A stretch of DNA of 45,344 nucleotides from Bacilli bacterium (GCA_041669865.1 JBAYAI010000001.1:1-45344), one strand, 5' to 3'. Shown: positions 18,248-26,937, counted from the stretch's first letter. Notes: a model not told the origin generated them from the sequence alone. Translations and numbers: made by a program.

Positions 18248-19102
18248 CTATTTGCTGTGTCTTTCTCTATCTTTTTCTAACTTTGCCTGAAGTTTTGCCT
18301 CGGCTCTTTTTTCTTCCGCAATTCGCATAGACTCCCGCGCTTTTGCCTTGGCCTCTGCTTCTTTTCGCGCCTTTTCTTCGTCTATATAGATGATGTGCCC
18401 GACAAAATTCGCGGACTTTTCCTTGTATTCTTTGATGAACTGCTTAATTTGAGGAAAGCTGGAATTAAATATGGCAAATCGTTCCTTGTTTCTTTTTCTC
18501 GCAATGGTTCTTTGCAGTTTGTATTCTTCATATGAAACGACAATTTTTGAATTTTTAGCTAGAGCTGAAAGTTTTTGTGCAGCTTGGCTTGAAATCACGA
18601 TGTCGATTAGCAAAACACCGTATATCATGCCGAGAAAAAAGCTGAAGTTAAAAATATTGTCTATAAAGAAGTTCAAGGAGATTTGTATAAATGGGTGAAT
18701 TCCAAATAGATAGATTGCTCCGCCAACAAGCCAAATCAAAGAAAATAGAGGACAAATAATACCTTTGATATTTCCTTTGACATTGGAGTAATCCCACAAT
18801 TTAATGTTCATGCCTTTAATAAAGATGATACCAGCGATATATTCGATAAGCGTCATGCATATTCCCATGAGTGCTAAAGTTAATATATAGTTAACTGCGG
18901 GGCTTTCAAATTGAAAATTTATCGATGCTAAAAGGTAAAGAACGGTTAGTCCGAAACCGTAGATAGGAAGAAAAGGTCCGTGCAAAAAACCCGGGTTCAA
19001 CCATTTTTTTGCCGAGAAAAATCTTCGGAAAAAAAGTTCGATGACGTAACCAATAACACCTCCAAATATAAATAGATAAGCTAAACTTAAGAATGTTTTC
19101 AT
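18248..19102 (-). CDS. Polytopic membrane protein of the 'putative ABC-transporter type IV / CmpB-like' family with a charged C-terminal tail
   Basis: The family-typical motif is present (GYVIELFFRRF....WLNPGFLHGPFLPIYGFG). About 6 TM segments. The last roughly 45 aa are a K/E/A/R-rich helix (EEKARKEAEAKAKARESMRIAEEKRAEAKLQAKLEKDRERHSK). The start is placed at the ATG at 19102 because a GAGGTG RBS sits 6 nt upstream. The ORF-track start at 19126 has no RBS. Confidence 0.7.
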   Translation of the reverse strand: MKTFLSLAYLFIFGGVIGYVIELFFRRFFSAKKWLNPGFLHGPFLPIYGFGLTVLYLLASINFQFESPAVNYILTLALMGICMTLIEYIAGIIFIKGMNIKLWDYSNVKGNIKGIICPLFSLIWLVGGAIYLFGIHPFIQISLNFFIDNIFNFSFFLGMIYGVLLIDIVISSQAAQKLSALAKNSKIVVSYEEYKLQRTIARKRNKERFAIFNSSFPQIKQFIKEYKEKSANFVGHIIYIDEEKARKEAEAKAKARESMRIAEEKRAEAKLQAKLEKDRERHSK

Positions 19103-19388
19103 ACAACACCTCACTTTGATTTGCATCGCTGCAGTTTAATTTTGCAAAGCAATGATAGATACACAACTGCATTATATCATGTATAAATAAAATAGAACAA
19201 CCGATAAAATATATCAATTAAGGATGTGAATAGCGGCACTTATGTACTGGCGTAATATACTTTTATCAAAGCAAATATAACCTGTATCAATGGAATAAAC
19301 GTCATTTACAATTGACTAAAATATGTGAGAATTTTACTATATATACGTTAAATTATACGCTATAATTGAACATAGAAACGGAGATAAT

Positions 19389-20654
19389 ATGAAAGAACCA
19401 AGTAAAAGTGCATTTTATATTTGCAAAGCTGAATTTGGACTGAGTGATTTTGATCGCGAAATTCTCTCTGATTATTATCTACCGCTTTTTGATGCGAACG
19501 CTGTCATGCTCTATGAGTTTTTTATAAGAAAAGCTAAAGAGAATGATGAAATTTCAATTTTTGACGATCTCCCGCGCTTGTTTGGAACCAACATCCAAAA
19601 TATAAACAATAGCTTGCGGAAGATGGAAGCCCTCGGCCTCGTCAGTACCTATCGTCTAGAGGAAAAGAATAGTTTTCACTATATCTTCAAGCTATATCCA
19701 CCCTTATCTCCGCGAGATTTTTTTAAGAATCCTCTCCTGTCTACTTTGCTCGAGTCAAAAGTTAGCAAGAGGAGAATCCTCGAGATAAAGATGAAATATC
19801 GAGCTGAATCGGAGATACCGGATGACTACGTGGATATTTCTGCTAAATTTTCCGATGTGTTCGATGTTACTCCCGATTATTCCGATTTGATGAATTACTC
19901 GGGAAATACACTTAACTTGAAGGCTCGCGAATACCAGGATACTCGACCCGAGGTAAGTTTAGAGAAACTCAGGAAAAATCTTTCCGATCTCGGAATCGAC
20001 TTTGAAGTTGTCGAACCTTGTATAAAGAAAGTTTACGATGTTTGCAGCGTATACGGTTTAAAGGAAGAAGATGCAGCGGAATTGGTACAGAGATCTATAA
20101 ATTCATACAATCAATTTAACTTTGAAGTATTTAGAAACAACGCATCTAATTATTACAACTTTAGAATTCCCGAAGAGAGTGAGCATCCCGAGAACGAGAC
20201 GATCATCTTTGGAAATTCCGCATACTCCAAGCGGTTGCGCGAAGCAGAGAAGCAATATCCACAGCAATTTTTGCAAAATTTGCTCAAGACAAACAAGCTT
20301 CCAAAATCTTACAATAACCTCATATTTACTATGAAGAGCGAATATGGTGCTGATGATTCAATCATCAATATTGTCAACGACTATACTTTGCAAGCTTGCA
20401 ACGGTCAACTTCCTGAACAATATGTCGTTAAAACATGGCTCTCTTTGAAACATGCTGGCATCACCAATGCGCAGGATGCCATGTCTTTCCTCTATCAAAA
20501 TCGAAAGGAAATGTACGACAAGAAAAAAGCAAAGAAAGCTATCGGAAATAAAAAAGATAGTGAAAATGATGATTATGCAACTAATTCAAAGGAAGATGAA
20601 AAAAATATCGATCTTATTAACAATTTGAATCTAGATGAGATACTTGGGGAATAG
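19389..20654 (+). CDS. Replication initiation / membrane attachment protein (B. subtilis DnaB/DnaD-like; not the helicase)
   Basis: 421 aa. N-terminal winged-helix-like region (MLYEFFIRKA...MEALGLVSTYRLEEK). C-terminal DnaB_2-type domain with a YxxxIxxxW-like motif (EQYVVKTWLSLKHAGITNAQDA). It lies immediately upstream of the dnaI-like gene, as in Bacillus. Confidence 0.75.
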   Translation: MKEPSKSAFYICKAEFGLSDFDREILSDYYLPLFDANAVMLYEFFIRKAKENDEISIFDDLPRLFGTNIQNINNSLRKMEALGLVSTYRLEEKNSFHYIFKLYPPLSPRDFFKNPLLSTLLESKVSKRRILEIKMKYRAESEIPDDYVDISAKFSDVFDVTPDYSDLMNYSGNTLNLKAREYQDTRPEVSLEKLRKNLSDLGIDFEVVEPCIKKVYDVCSVYGLKEEDAAELVQRSINSYNQFNFEVFRNNASNYYNFRIPEESEHPENETIIFGNSAYSKRLREAEKQYPQQFLQNLLKTNKLPKSYNNLIFTMKSEYGADDSIINIVNDYTLQACNGQLPEQYVVKTWLSLKHAGITNAQDAMSFLYQNRKEMYDKKKAKKAIGNKKDSENDDYATNSKEDEKNIDLINNLNLDEILGE

Positions 20655-20656
20655 CA

Positions 20657-21592
20657 ATGGAAAAACCTAAACTTAATATTAAAATTCTTTCTGAGAAAGA
20701 ACAAAAAGCGAAAATTGAAGAACTCAGGCGTCGAGTTCGGATGGATCCCGTGGCTAATAAACTACTTTTGCTATCTCCGGATTACGAGTTGGTTTTCAAA
20801 AATTCATACATACCTCTTATCAACTATCTCGAGGATAAGAAGATTTGCGAGGGGTGCAAAGGCTTTTCTCACTGCCCGAAATTGGGGAGAAAAGGATTTA
20901 AGATAAAACTTTCAAACAATTACTATTCGCTAAATCTTGAACAGCGCTATGTTCCTTGCAAATACTATAGCGAAATTCTCAATGTTTTAAACAATATTAT
21001 CTTTAGCGATATTGATAAGTGGGAAATTTATTTTTATTCCAATGCGAGTAAAGAAATTATTAAATCCAAACCATCAAAGGTAAAAAACAGCTTTATTTTT
21101 GTGTCAAAAATGTGCTTGTTGAAGACGACCCAATACAGCAAGTCGGATATGAATAGGGGCTATATGATATATTCTGACAACCACAATGGGGAAGCTATCG
21201 GTTACCTTTTAGCGTACGCCTTTGCAAGAAAAGGTAACACCGTTTCCTTGATCAATGCTCAAACGACATTGAACAAGTGCTCATCGCTCATTGAAGATGT
21301 AAAAAAAGAGGGGGAGAGAGACCTTATTTTAGCCAAGAGCGCCGATATCATGATAATAAATAATCTCGGCTTTGAATATAAGTCTCAGGCCGCTCGTGAT
21401 TTGATTTTGACTCCGCTATTTAGAGATCGAGCGAGAAGAGGAAAGATGACATTTATCTCTTCGTTTCTCGATTATAGTGATATCTTGAAAATGTATTCTA
21501 GGGATCAGGTTTCATACAAGATATTCAAACAAATCATCGATAAGATTGTCGAACCAATCGAAGTGAAAGATTTGGAGTATTTTAACGACTGA
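20657..21592 (+). CDS. dnaI: DnaI-like primosomal helicase-loader homolog with degenerate ATPase motifs
   Basis: 311 aa. N-terminal Cys/His zinc-module pattern (CEGCKGFSHC...YVPC). The C-terminal AAA+ region is colinear with B. subtilis DnaI (IMIINNLGFEYKSQAARDLILTPLF..MTFISS versus VLMLDDIGAE..SWVRDEV...PTFFSSN). The position after the dnaB-like gene also fits. Confidence 0.7.
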   Translation: MEKPKLNIKILSEKEQKAKIEELRRRVRMDPVANKLLLLSPDYELVFKNSYIPLINYLEDKKICEGCKGFSHCPKLGRKGFKIKLSNNYYSLNLEQRYVPCKYYSEILNVLNNIIFSDIDKWEIYFYSNASKEIIKSKPSKVKNSFIFVSKMCLLKTTQYSKSDMNRGYMIYSDNHNGEAIGYLLAYAFARKGNTVSLINAQTTLNKCSSLIEDVKKEGERDLILAKSADIMIINNLGFEYKSQAARDLILTPLFRDRARRGKMTFISSFLDYSDILKMYSRDQVSYKIFKQIIDKIVEPIEVKDLEYFND

Positions 21593-21641
21593 TTGCTAAT
21601 AATAAAAACTAGTTGCGTATATTATCCTGGAGGTAAATTTT

Positions 21642-22808
21642 ATGATTTATCAAAGGGATATCAACAGCTGCGGCGAAGCCTGCGTCCGTAATGTGATTCG
21701 TTCTTTTCACAAAAGAAGTGCAGCATATCTGTACCTATCTTCCTGTTCAAACTTTTCTTTGATGAAATCGAATCTACTGAGATTTGGGATTGAAGGCACT
21801 GGTTACGAGTATCAAAGCATCGAAAAGATCAAAAAGCTAGCAGGGAAGAAAATCCTTCTTATCGTCAAAAACAAGCGAAAACACTTTGTAAATTATCTTT
21901 GTCAAACAAAGCATTTTGTCGCTTATTTTGATCCGGAAGATGGAATTCAAATAGATAAAAAAGTGAAATTCAACCAAAAGTCTACTAACAAAGTACTAAA
22001 CTGTTACAAAAAGCGAGATATTAAGATATGTCGAATTCAATTTTTGCGCATGAAGGAAGTAGCAACTTTGATTGTTTTAGCAAGTTTGGAAGTGGCAAGT
22101 TTACTTTTAGCACTGTATTTTTTAAAGTATTTTAACCGCTTAGATTTTTCGTTTTTATTCCTATTAGTTCTCCTATTGAGTTCGTATCTCAATCAATCAT
22201 ATCTACTGACGGTATTAAAGAGACTCCAAAATAAAATAGGATATCCATATATCAAATTAGGTTCAACACCTCGAGATTTTGAAGCGATAACTAAATTTCA
22301 AACATCAATAATTAAATACTACAGCTCAGCCATAAACGGAGTTTTTAGTTTTATTGCAATTCTAATTATTTTTATATATATAAATCCGCTGGATATTCTT
22401 TTGATTTTGATCACAGTTGGTATTAGTCTTTTAATATATCTTATATTTAGGCGATGGAGCAGCAAAATTAACACCGATATGGAAATTACCGAAGTTGAAA
22501 TGATGAGAGGAAAAACAATAGGGATTACTGATTACAACAATTATTGTACCCGCGGGGAAAAATTCGGAAAACTAGCGTTGCTTGAAGGGTATTTAAGGAT
22601 TTGTTTTGTCGTTTGTTTAACCGCCATTGAAGAGTATCTAGTTGGTGAATTTACATTTGTATCTATCGCAGCAAAAGCGATAATGATTAACTATTTAAAC
22701 ACTAAGCTTGTTGAGTTTATAAAAAACTGGAACAAAACTAACCCGTTCTTTGAACTAACTAAACTTCGCAAAGATATCTACGATAACAAATATATAATAA
22801 AAGACTGA
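21642..22808 (+). CDS. Peptidase C39-like domain fused to an ABC-exporter-type 6-TM domain, with no nucleotide-binding domain
   Basis: 388 aa. YQRDINSCGEACVRNVI places Gln 6 residues before Cys10. KHFVNYLCQTKHFVAYFDPEDG supplies a His/Asp pair with C39-like spacing. About six TM helices follow. There is no Walker A anywhere, and the protein ends right after TM6. GGAGG RBS. Confidence 0.65.
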   Translation: MIYQRDINSCGEACVRNVIRSFHKRSAAYLYLSSCSNFSLMKSNLLRFGIEGTGYEYQSIEKIKKLAGKKILLIVKNKRKHFVNYLCQTKHFVAYFDPEDGIQIDKKVKFNQKSTNKVLNCYKKRDIKICRIQFLRMKEVATLIVLASLEVASLLLALYFLKYFNRLDFSFLFLLVLLLSSYLNQSYLLTVLKRLQNKIGYPYIKLGSTPRDFEAITKFQTSIIKYYSSAINGVFSFIAILIIFIYINPLDILLILITVGISLLIYLIFRRWSSKINTDMEITEVEMMRGKTIGITDYNNYCTRGEKFGKLALLEGYLRICFVVCLTAIEEYLVGEFTFVSIAAKAIMINYLNTKLVEFIKNWNKTNPFFELTKLRKDIYDNKYIIKD

Positions 22809-22901
22809 TTTAATAATTGTTAAAAATTAAGTATAATAAATACATACACTTGTAATTTTACTTAAAACTAATTGTTCAAAACACTTAGACCAGGAGAATA
22901 T

Positions 22902-24353
22902 ATGAACTTTATTTTTGCACTTGATATTATCAATTTGGTTTTGTTATTCTCTTTGACAATTTTCTTTTTGTTTAAAGGATTCTCAAAATATACCATTACA
23001 TATTATTTTTTATCAAACTTGCTATTTGCCATAGCTGGTGTATCTTTGAGTATATTTCTCGGACTTCACGAAAGCGGTAGCATATCATTTACTCCTATTG
23101 TCCTCTATCTTATGTATTCTTTCTATTACTTTTTTATAGGGATGATTTTCTCGGTATTTTTCATAATGTTCATCTCTCTTTTTAAGACGAAAAAGACATC
23201 CACTGTGTATCATTTGCCGACTATTATAGTTCTTGTATTTTTTGTAAACTTGTTCTTGATTCCTATTGTGTTTGATTGGGAGGATATCTTTTCAACTTTA
23301 ATTGATACTCACCTACTATTGATGCTTGATTTTTCCTTGTTCTTCATCAGTGCAATCGTCTCTTTCTATTATTTTTTAGCAAATCGAAAGAAACTGAATA
23401 GAACTATAAATACAATTTCTTTCATAACTATTTTCGCTTATGTGGCGATAGTCGTCACATGGAACATTTCTTATTTATACTCGGTTGTCAATTTGATAAT
23501 TACCCTGCATTTATTTTCAATATATCTCTATCTTTTTATCCAGAAAAATTTTAGAAAGATTGGCTCTCTTTTCTTCCTTGATAGGCGGACGAATAGATTG
23601 ATAGAAAATGCGATTAAATCAAATAGTTTCAGCACTGAATTCTTGCCGGTATATAACCTCAAGAAGAAAAAGTATACAATTGCCTTGTGTCAGCTGTCCT
23701 TGAATGATGAAAAGGGAAATAAACTCGATATCGAGACGATATTAAACGTCGCTAAAAACCAAGGATTTTTAGATTCGTTGGAAAAGAAACTTGTATATCG
23801 CGTATGTAAATTCATCAAAGAGTACAAAAATCCCAGATCCGACATCGAACGTATCGATGTTGAAATCAGCTCTCACACCATGTGTGATGTCGCGCGAACA
23901 AGCGACTTGATCAACTTAGTTGTTAGACAAAATATCGATCCATCTAAAATAGGATTTGAGCTACGTCAGGATGGTGAGAAATTCGATTATACCGTATTTC
24001 TCAATCAGGTTTCCCGACTCAATGAATTCGGCTTTTACACGGGAATAAGCAATGTATATAAACATGAATTTGTCTTGTCTTTTCTCTTGAGAAATTCCAG
24101 GGGGTTCCTCATTATAGACAAAAATCAAGTCGATGATTTTCTCTTTGACAAAAAGCGCCCGTACAGTCAGAATCTAGATTACTTTTTATCAGAAAAGATG
24201 AACTTTACTCTCGCGGTGAATAATGTCGACAGCAAAGATGTGTTGGAAAAAATTAAGGGCACGCCAATCAAGTACGCATGCGGTCCGCTGTTTGAAGATT
24301 TTATTTCTTCTGATGACTTTGTGAATAACTTATTGACGAACAGTAAAAATTAA
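22902..24353 (+). CDS. 7-TM membrane protein with a C-terminal degenerate EAL-like domain
   Basis: The start is placed at the ATG at 22902 (AGGAGA RBS 5 nt upstream), because the track's TTG at 22872 lacks an RBS. There are about 7 TM helices up to roughly aa 225. The C-terminal 250 aa are colinear by eye with an EAL domain, but the catalytic positions are replaced. Confidence 0.55.
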   Translation: MNFIFALDIINLVLLFSLTIFFLFKGFSKYTITYYFLSNLLFAIAGVSLSIFLGLHESGSISFTPIVLYLMYSFYYFFIGMIFSVFFIMFISLFKTKKTSTVYHLPTIIVLVFFVNLFLIPIVFDWEDIFSTLIDTHLLLMLDFSLFFISAIVSFYYFLANRKKLNRTINTISFITIFAYVAIVVTWNISYLYSVVNLIITLHLFSIYLYLFIQKNFRKIGSLFFLDRRTNRLIENAIKSNSFSTEFLPVYNLKKKKYTIALCQLSLNDEKGNKLDIETILNVAKNQGFLDSLEKKLVYRVCKFIKEYKNPRSDIERIDVEISSHTMCDVARTSDLINLVVRQNIDPSKIGFELRQDGEKFDYTVFLNQVSRLNEFGFYTGISNVYKHEFVLSFLLRNSRGFLIIDKNQVDDFLFDKKRPYSQNLDYFLSEKMNFTLAVNNVDSKDVLEKIKGTPIKYACGPLFEDFISSDDFVNNLLTNSKN

Positions 24354-24396
24354 ATCATTTCTATTTAATTTCCGTCCGTTTTTTGCTATATTAATG

Positions 24397-24405
24397 TGCT
24401 ATAAT
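24397..24405 (+). promoter_or_regulatory. Candidate extended -10 promoter (TGcTATAAT) for the ybeY-cdd-era-recO block
   Basis: TGCTATAAT lies 15 nt upstream of the ybeY ATG. No good -35 box and no Shine-Dalgarno sequence lie between them, which implies a very short leader. Confidence 0.35.
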
Positions 24406-24420
24406 TATTAGGCAATCACT

Positions 24421-24894
24421 ATGAACAAGAACACTTTATTTTTTGAAGACCGCACAGGTCTAAATCAGGACGAATTAGAAGCGATGTTTGTCGCTCTATT
24501 CAATCACGTTATTAAAAATGTGGATATTGAGAAGGATGTGATAATATCCGCTACGGTAGTCGACGATAAGAGCATCCACGAAATCAACAGGGAATACCGC
24601 GGTATTGATAGGCCAACGGATGTCATTTCTTTTGCTTACGATGACAACGGCGGAGATGATTTCTTGCCATATGACGATCTTGGAGAAATTGTAATTTCCC
24701 TTGAAACAGCTAAGCGGCAAGCGAAAAATTACAAGCATCCAGTGGAGAGAGAACTGGCGTTTCTCTTCATTCACGGATTTTTGCACTTGCTGGGATATGA
24801 TCACGTCAAGGATGAGAAAGAGGCTGAGATCATGTACGCCAAACAAAACGAGTTACTGAATAGTTTCAAATATACATATGTGGAGGTAAATTAA
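24421..24894 (+). CDS. ybeY: rRNA maturation endoribonuclease YbeY
   Basis: 157 aa. Has the zinc motif HGFLHLLGYDH and the DVISF motif. Confidence 0.93.
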   Translation: MNKNTLFFEDRTGLNQDELEAMFVALFNHVIKNVDIEKDVIISATVVDDKSIHEINREYRGIDRPTDVISFAYDDNGGDDFLPYDDLGEIVISLETAKRQAKNYKHPVERELAFLFIHGFLHLLGYDHVKDEKEAEIMYAKQNELLNSFKYTYVEVN

Positions 24895-24896
24895 TT

Positions 24897-25325
24897 ATGG
24901 AATTCGACATTAAAGACGAAGCGACGTTAAAGAGACTTTTTGAGTTAACCAAGAAAGCGCAAAAACTAGCACATGTGCCTTACTCGAAGTTTCACGTTGG
25001 AGCGGTTATATTGACAAAGGATGGGAAAGAAATTCTTGGGGCAAACATTGAAAATGCCTCGTATGGTCTTTCTATGTGCGCCGAGAGAACTTGCATGTTC
25101 CGCACGCACCTTTTAGGTTATAAAAAGGAAGATATCTTGTGTCTTGCTCTCGTTGGTGATTCGACAGAAGACTACGCATTTCCCTGTGGAGCCTGCCGAC
25201 AAGTCATGTCTGAATTGCTGGATTTAGATTGTCCGATAATCATCTTTAATCAGAAGGGTGAACACGTTGATGAAACAGTTAGAGGTTTGCTTCCATATTC
25301 CTTTACTCAGGAGAACTTGAAATAA
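24897..25325 (+). CDS. cdd: Cytidine deaminase (homotetrameric type)
   Basis: 142 aa. Has the CAERTCMF (C-A-E) and PCGACRQ zinc-ligand motifs. Confidence 0.92.
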   Translation: MEFDIKDEATLKRLFELTKKAQKLAHVPYSKFHVGAVILTKDGKEILGANIENASYGLSMCAERTCMFRTHLLGYKKEDILCLALVGDSTEDYAFPCGACRQVMSELLDLDCPIIIFNQKGEHVDETVRGLLPYSFTQENLK

Positions 25326-26200
25326 TGAAGGTCGGATTTTGCGCACTTTACGGATTGGCTAACGCTGGAAAGTCAACCTTGCTCAACGCGATTTTAGGTA
25401 TAAAAGTTCAAGCGGTTTCTGACAAGCCACAAACGACGCGAGAGAACGTTCAAGGAATATATAACGATGACGATTCACAAATCGTTTTTATCGATACTCC
25501 AGGATTGCATAACCCACACAAAAAATTGGGACAACTTTTGATTCGCGATGCCGAGCAGGCGAAAGCGGGTGTTGACATATTAATCTACGTGGTTGATGGC
25601 AAAGAGCGAGTTAACGAATCGCTGTGCGAATCTATCTCAAAAGTGAAGATTCCAGTAATTGTTGCCTTCAATAAGATTGACGACATCAATCTTGACAGCG
25701 GACAATTTAAATTAAAAGCATATAAAAAGCTCTTACCCAACGCTGAAGTGGTTGAGATTTCCGCATTGAAAAAGTTTGGAATCGACAAGTTGATCGAAGT
25801 TATAAAATCTCACTGCGAAGAAGGGACTCCTTTCTTTCCAAAAGATCAAATTTTGGATCACCCGACCGAATTTGTATACGCGGAGATGATTAGAGAAAAG
25901 TGTTTTCGCATGCTCAAGCAGGAAGTGCCTCACGCGATTCACGTAAAGATAGTTCAACAGGAAATCGATCAGGAAACCGGACGTAAAGTCATCTATGCGG
26001 ATATTATCGTCGAGAAGAAATCCGAGAAAGCTATCGTCATCGGTCATCAGGGGAAGATGATATCCAAGATAAGACATTTGGCACAGCACTCAATATCGAT
26101 ATTCAACATGGAACCCGTCGAACTCGAATTATATGTGAAAGTGGTCGAAGATTGGAGAGACAATCCTAGATATTTAAGCGAATACGGATATAAGAAATAA
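25325..26200 (+). CDS. era: GTPase Era
   Basis: 291 aa. G1 GLANAGKST, G3 DTPG, G4 NKID, and a C-terminal KH domain (VIGHQGKMISKI). The start shares one nt with the cdd stop (TAATG). Confidence 0.93.
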   Translation: MKVGFCALYGLANAGKSTLLNAILGIKVQAVSDKPQTTRENVQGIYNDDDSQIVFIDTPGLHNPHKKLGQLLIRDAEQAKAGVDILIYVVDGKERVNESLCESISKVKIPVIVAFNKIDDINLDSGQFKLKAYKKLLPNAEVVEISALKKFGIDKLIEVIKSHCEEGTPFFPKDQILDHPTEFVYAEMIREKCFRMLKQEVPHAIHVKIVQQEIDQETGRKVIYADIIVEKKSEKAIVIGHQGKMISKIRHLAQHSISIFNMEPVELELYVKVVEDWRDNPRYLSEYGYKK

Positions 26201-26937
26201 TGCCTAAAAAAATAGAGACGCTGGAAGGATATGTCATACAAGCGAATAAGTACAAGGAGAGAGATACCATTATCACTCTTTTGACTAAGAGCGAAAAAAA
26301 GACAGTTTTAATCAGGGGCGGATACAAACCTGAGGCTAAGAATCATGCGGCGACTCTTCTTTTCAATAAATTGCTCTTGGATGTTAATGCGGCCAAACCG
26401 AATTTTCTGACAGCGGAAGGCCACCGCACGTTAGTCAACAATACCGATCTTTACGAGGACTTGCAATACTCGCTTCTCGGACAGTATGTTAATGAAATTA
26501 TCCTTAAATTTTTTCAAAGCGAAGATCCCATACCCTTCGATTATTACGAGGGTGTCTTTCAAGCGGCTAAGAGGGGATTTGATCCGCTGACTTTGGCTTT
26601 TATCTTTACCAGCGCTTCGATCAATTTGCTGGGCTTGAGCCCAAATGTCGATGAGTGTGTATTTTGCGGAGCAAAGAAAAATCTCGTGACTTTCGACTTA
26701 ACTGAGGGAGGGTTTATTTGCAATAAGTGCGCAAGCGAGGCGGGAAAGTCCCCCTCGAGTATCGAATATTTGAAAGTTTTCCGCTATGGCTTTAAAGTCA
26801 AAGCATCACAGATGGAGCGAGCGGTTTTGCCGCGCGCGACAACACTGAACTGCCTTAGTGAATTATCTTTGTATTTGCAGGACCAGCTGGGCTTTAAAAT
26901 CAATTCTTTAGAATTATTTTTGGAAGTGTTGAAATAG
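26200..26937 (+). CDS. recO: DNA repair protein RecO
   Basis: 245 aa. N-terminal OB-fold region and a zinc finger CVFCGAKK...FICNKC. Synteny era-recO. Start/stop overlap TAATG. Confidence 0.88.
   Translation: MPKKIETLEGYVIQANKYKERDTIITLLTKSEKKTVLIRGGYKPEAKNHAATLLFNKLLLDVNAAKPNFLTAEGHRTLVNNTDLYEDLQYSLLGQYVNEIILKFFQSEDPIPFDYYEGVFQAAKRGFDPLTLAFIFTSASINLLGLSPNVDECVFCGAKKNLVTFDLTEGGFICNKCASEAGKSPSSIEYLKVFRYGFKVKASQMERAVLPRATTLNCLSELSLYLQDQLGFKINSLELFLEVLK

Noticed and set aside
18906-19217. 103-aa minus-strand ORF overlapping the start of the CmpB-like membrane protein gene.
   Set aside because: It is in an alternate frame overlapping a supported CDS and its promoter region. It has no RBS and its composition is implausible.
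19103-19388. Possible replication origin at the minus-to-plus gene-orientation switch next to the dnaB/dnaI-like initiation genes.
   Set aside because: The window holds no dnaA or dnaN. The 286-nt spacer has no cluster of DnaA boxes. The best matches to TTATCCACA/TGTGGATAA carry 2-3 mismatches (tgtgaatag, ttatcaaag). A divergent promoter region explains it. A GC-skew calculation on the whole replicon would settle the question.
21593-22901. Bacteriocin or lantibiotic export locus, inferred from the C39 peptidase domain.
   Set aside because: No small ORF with a GG-type leader flanks the gene. There is no immunity gene, modification enzyme, accessory protein or NBD. The context is housekeeping. 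It is reported instead as an atypical NBD-less architecture.
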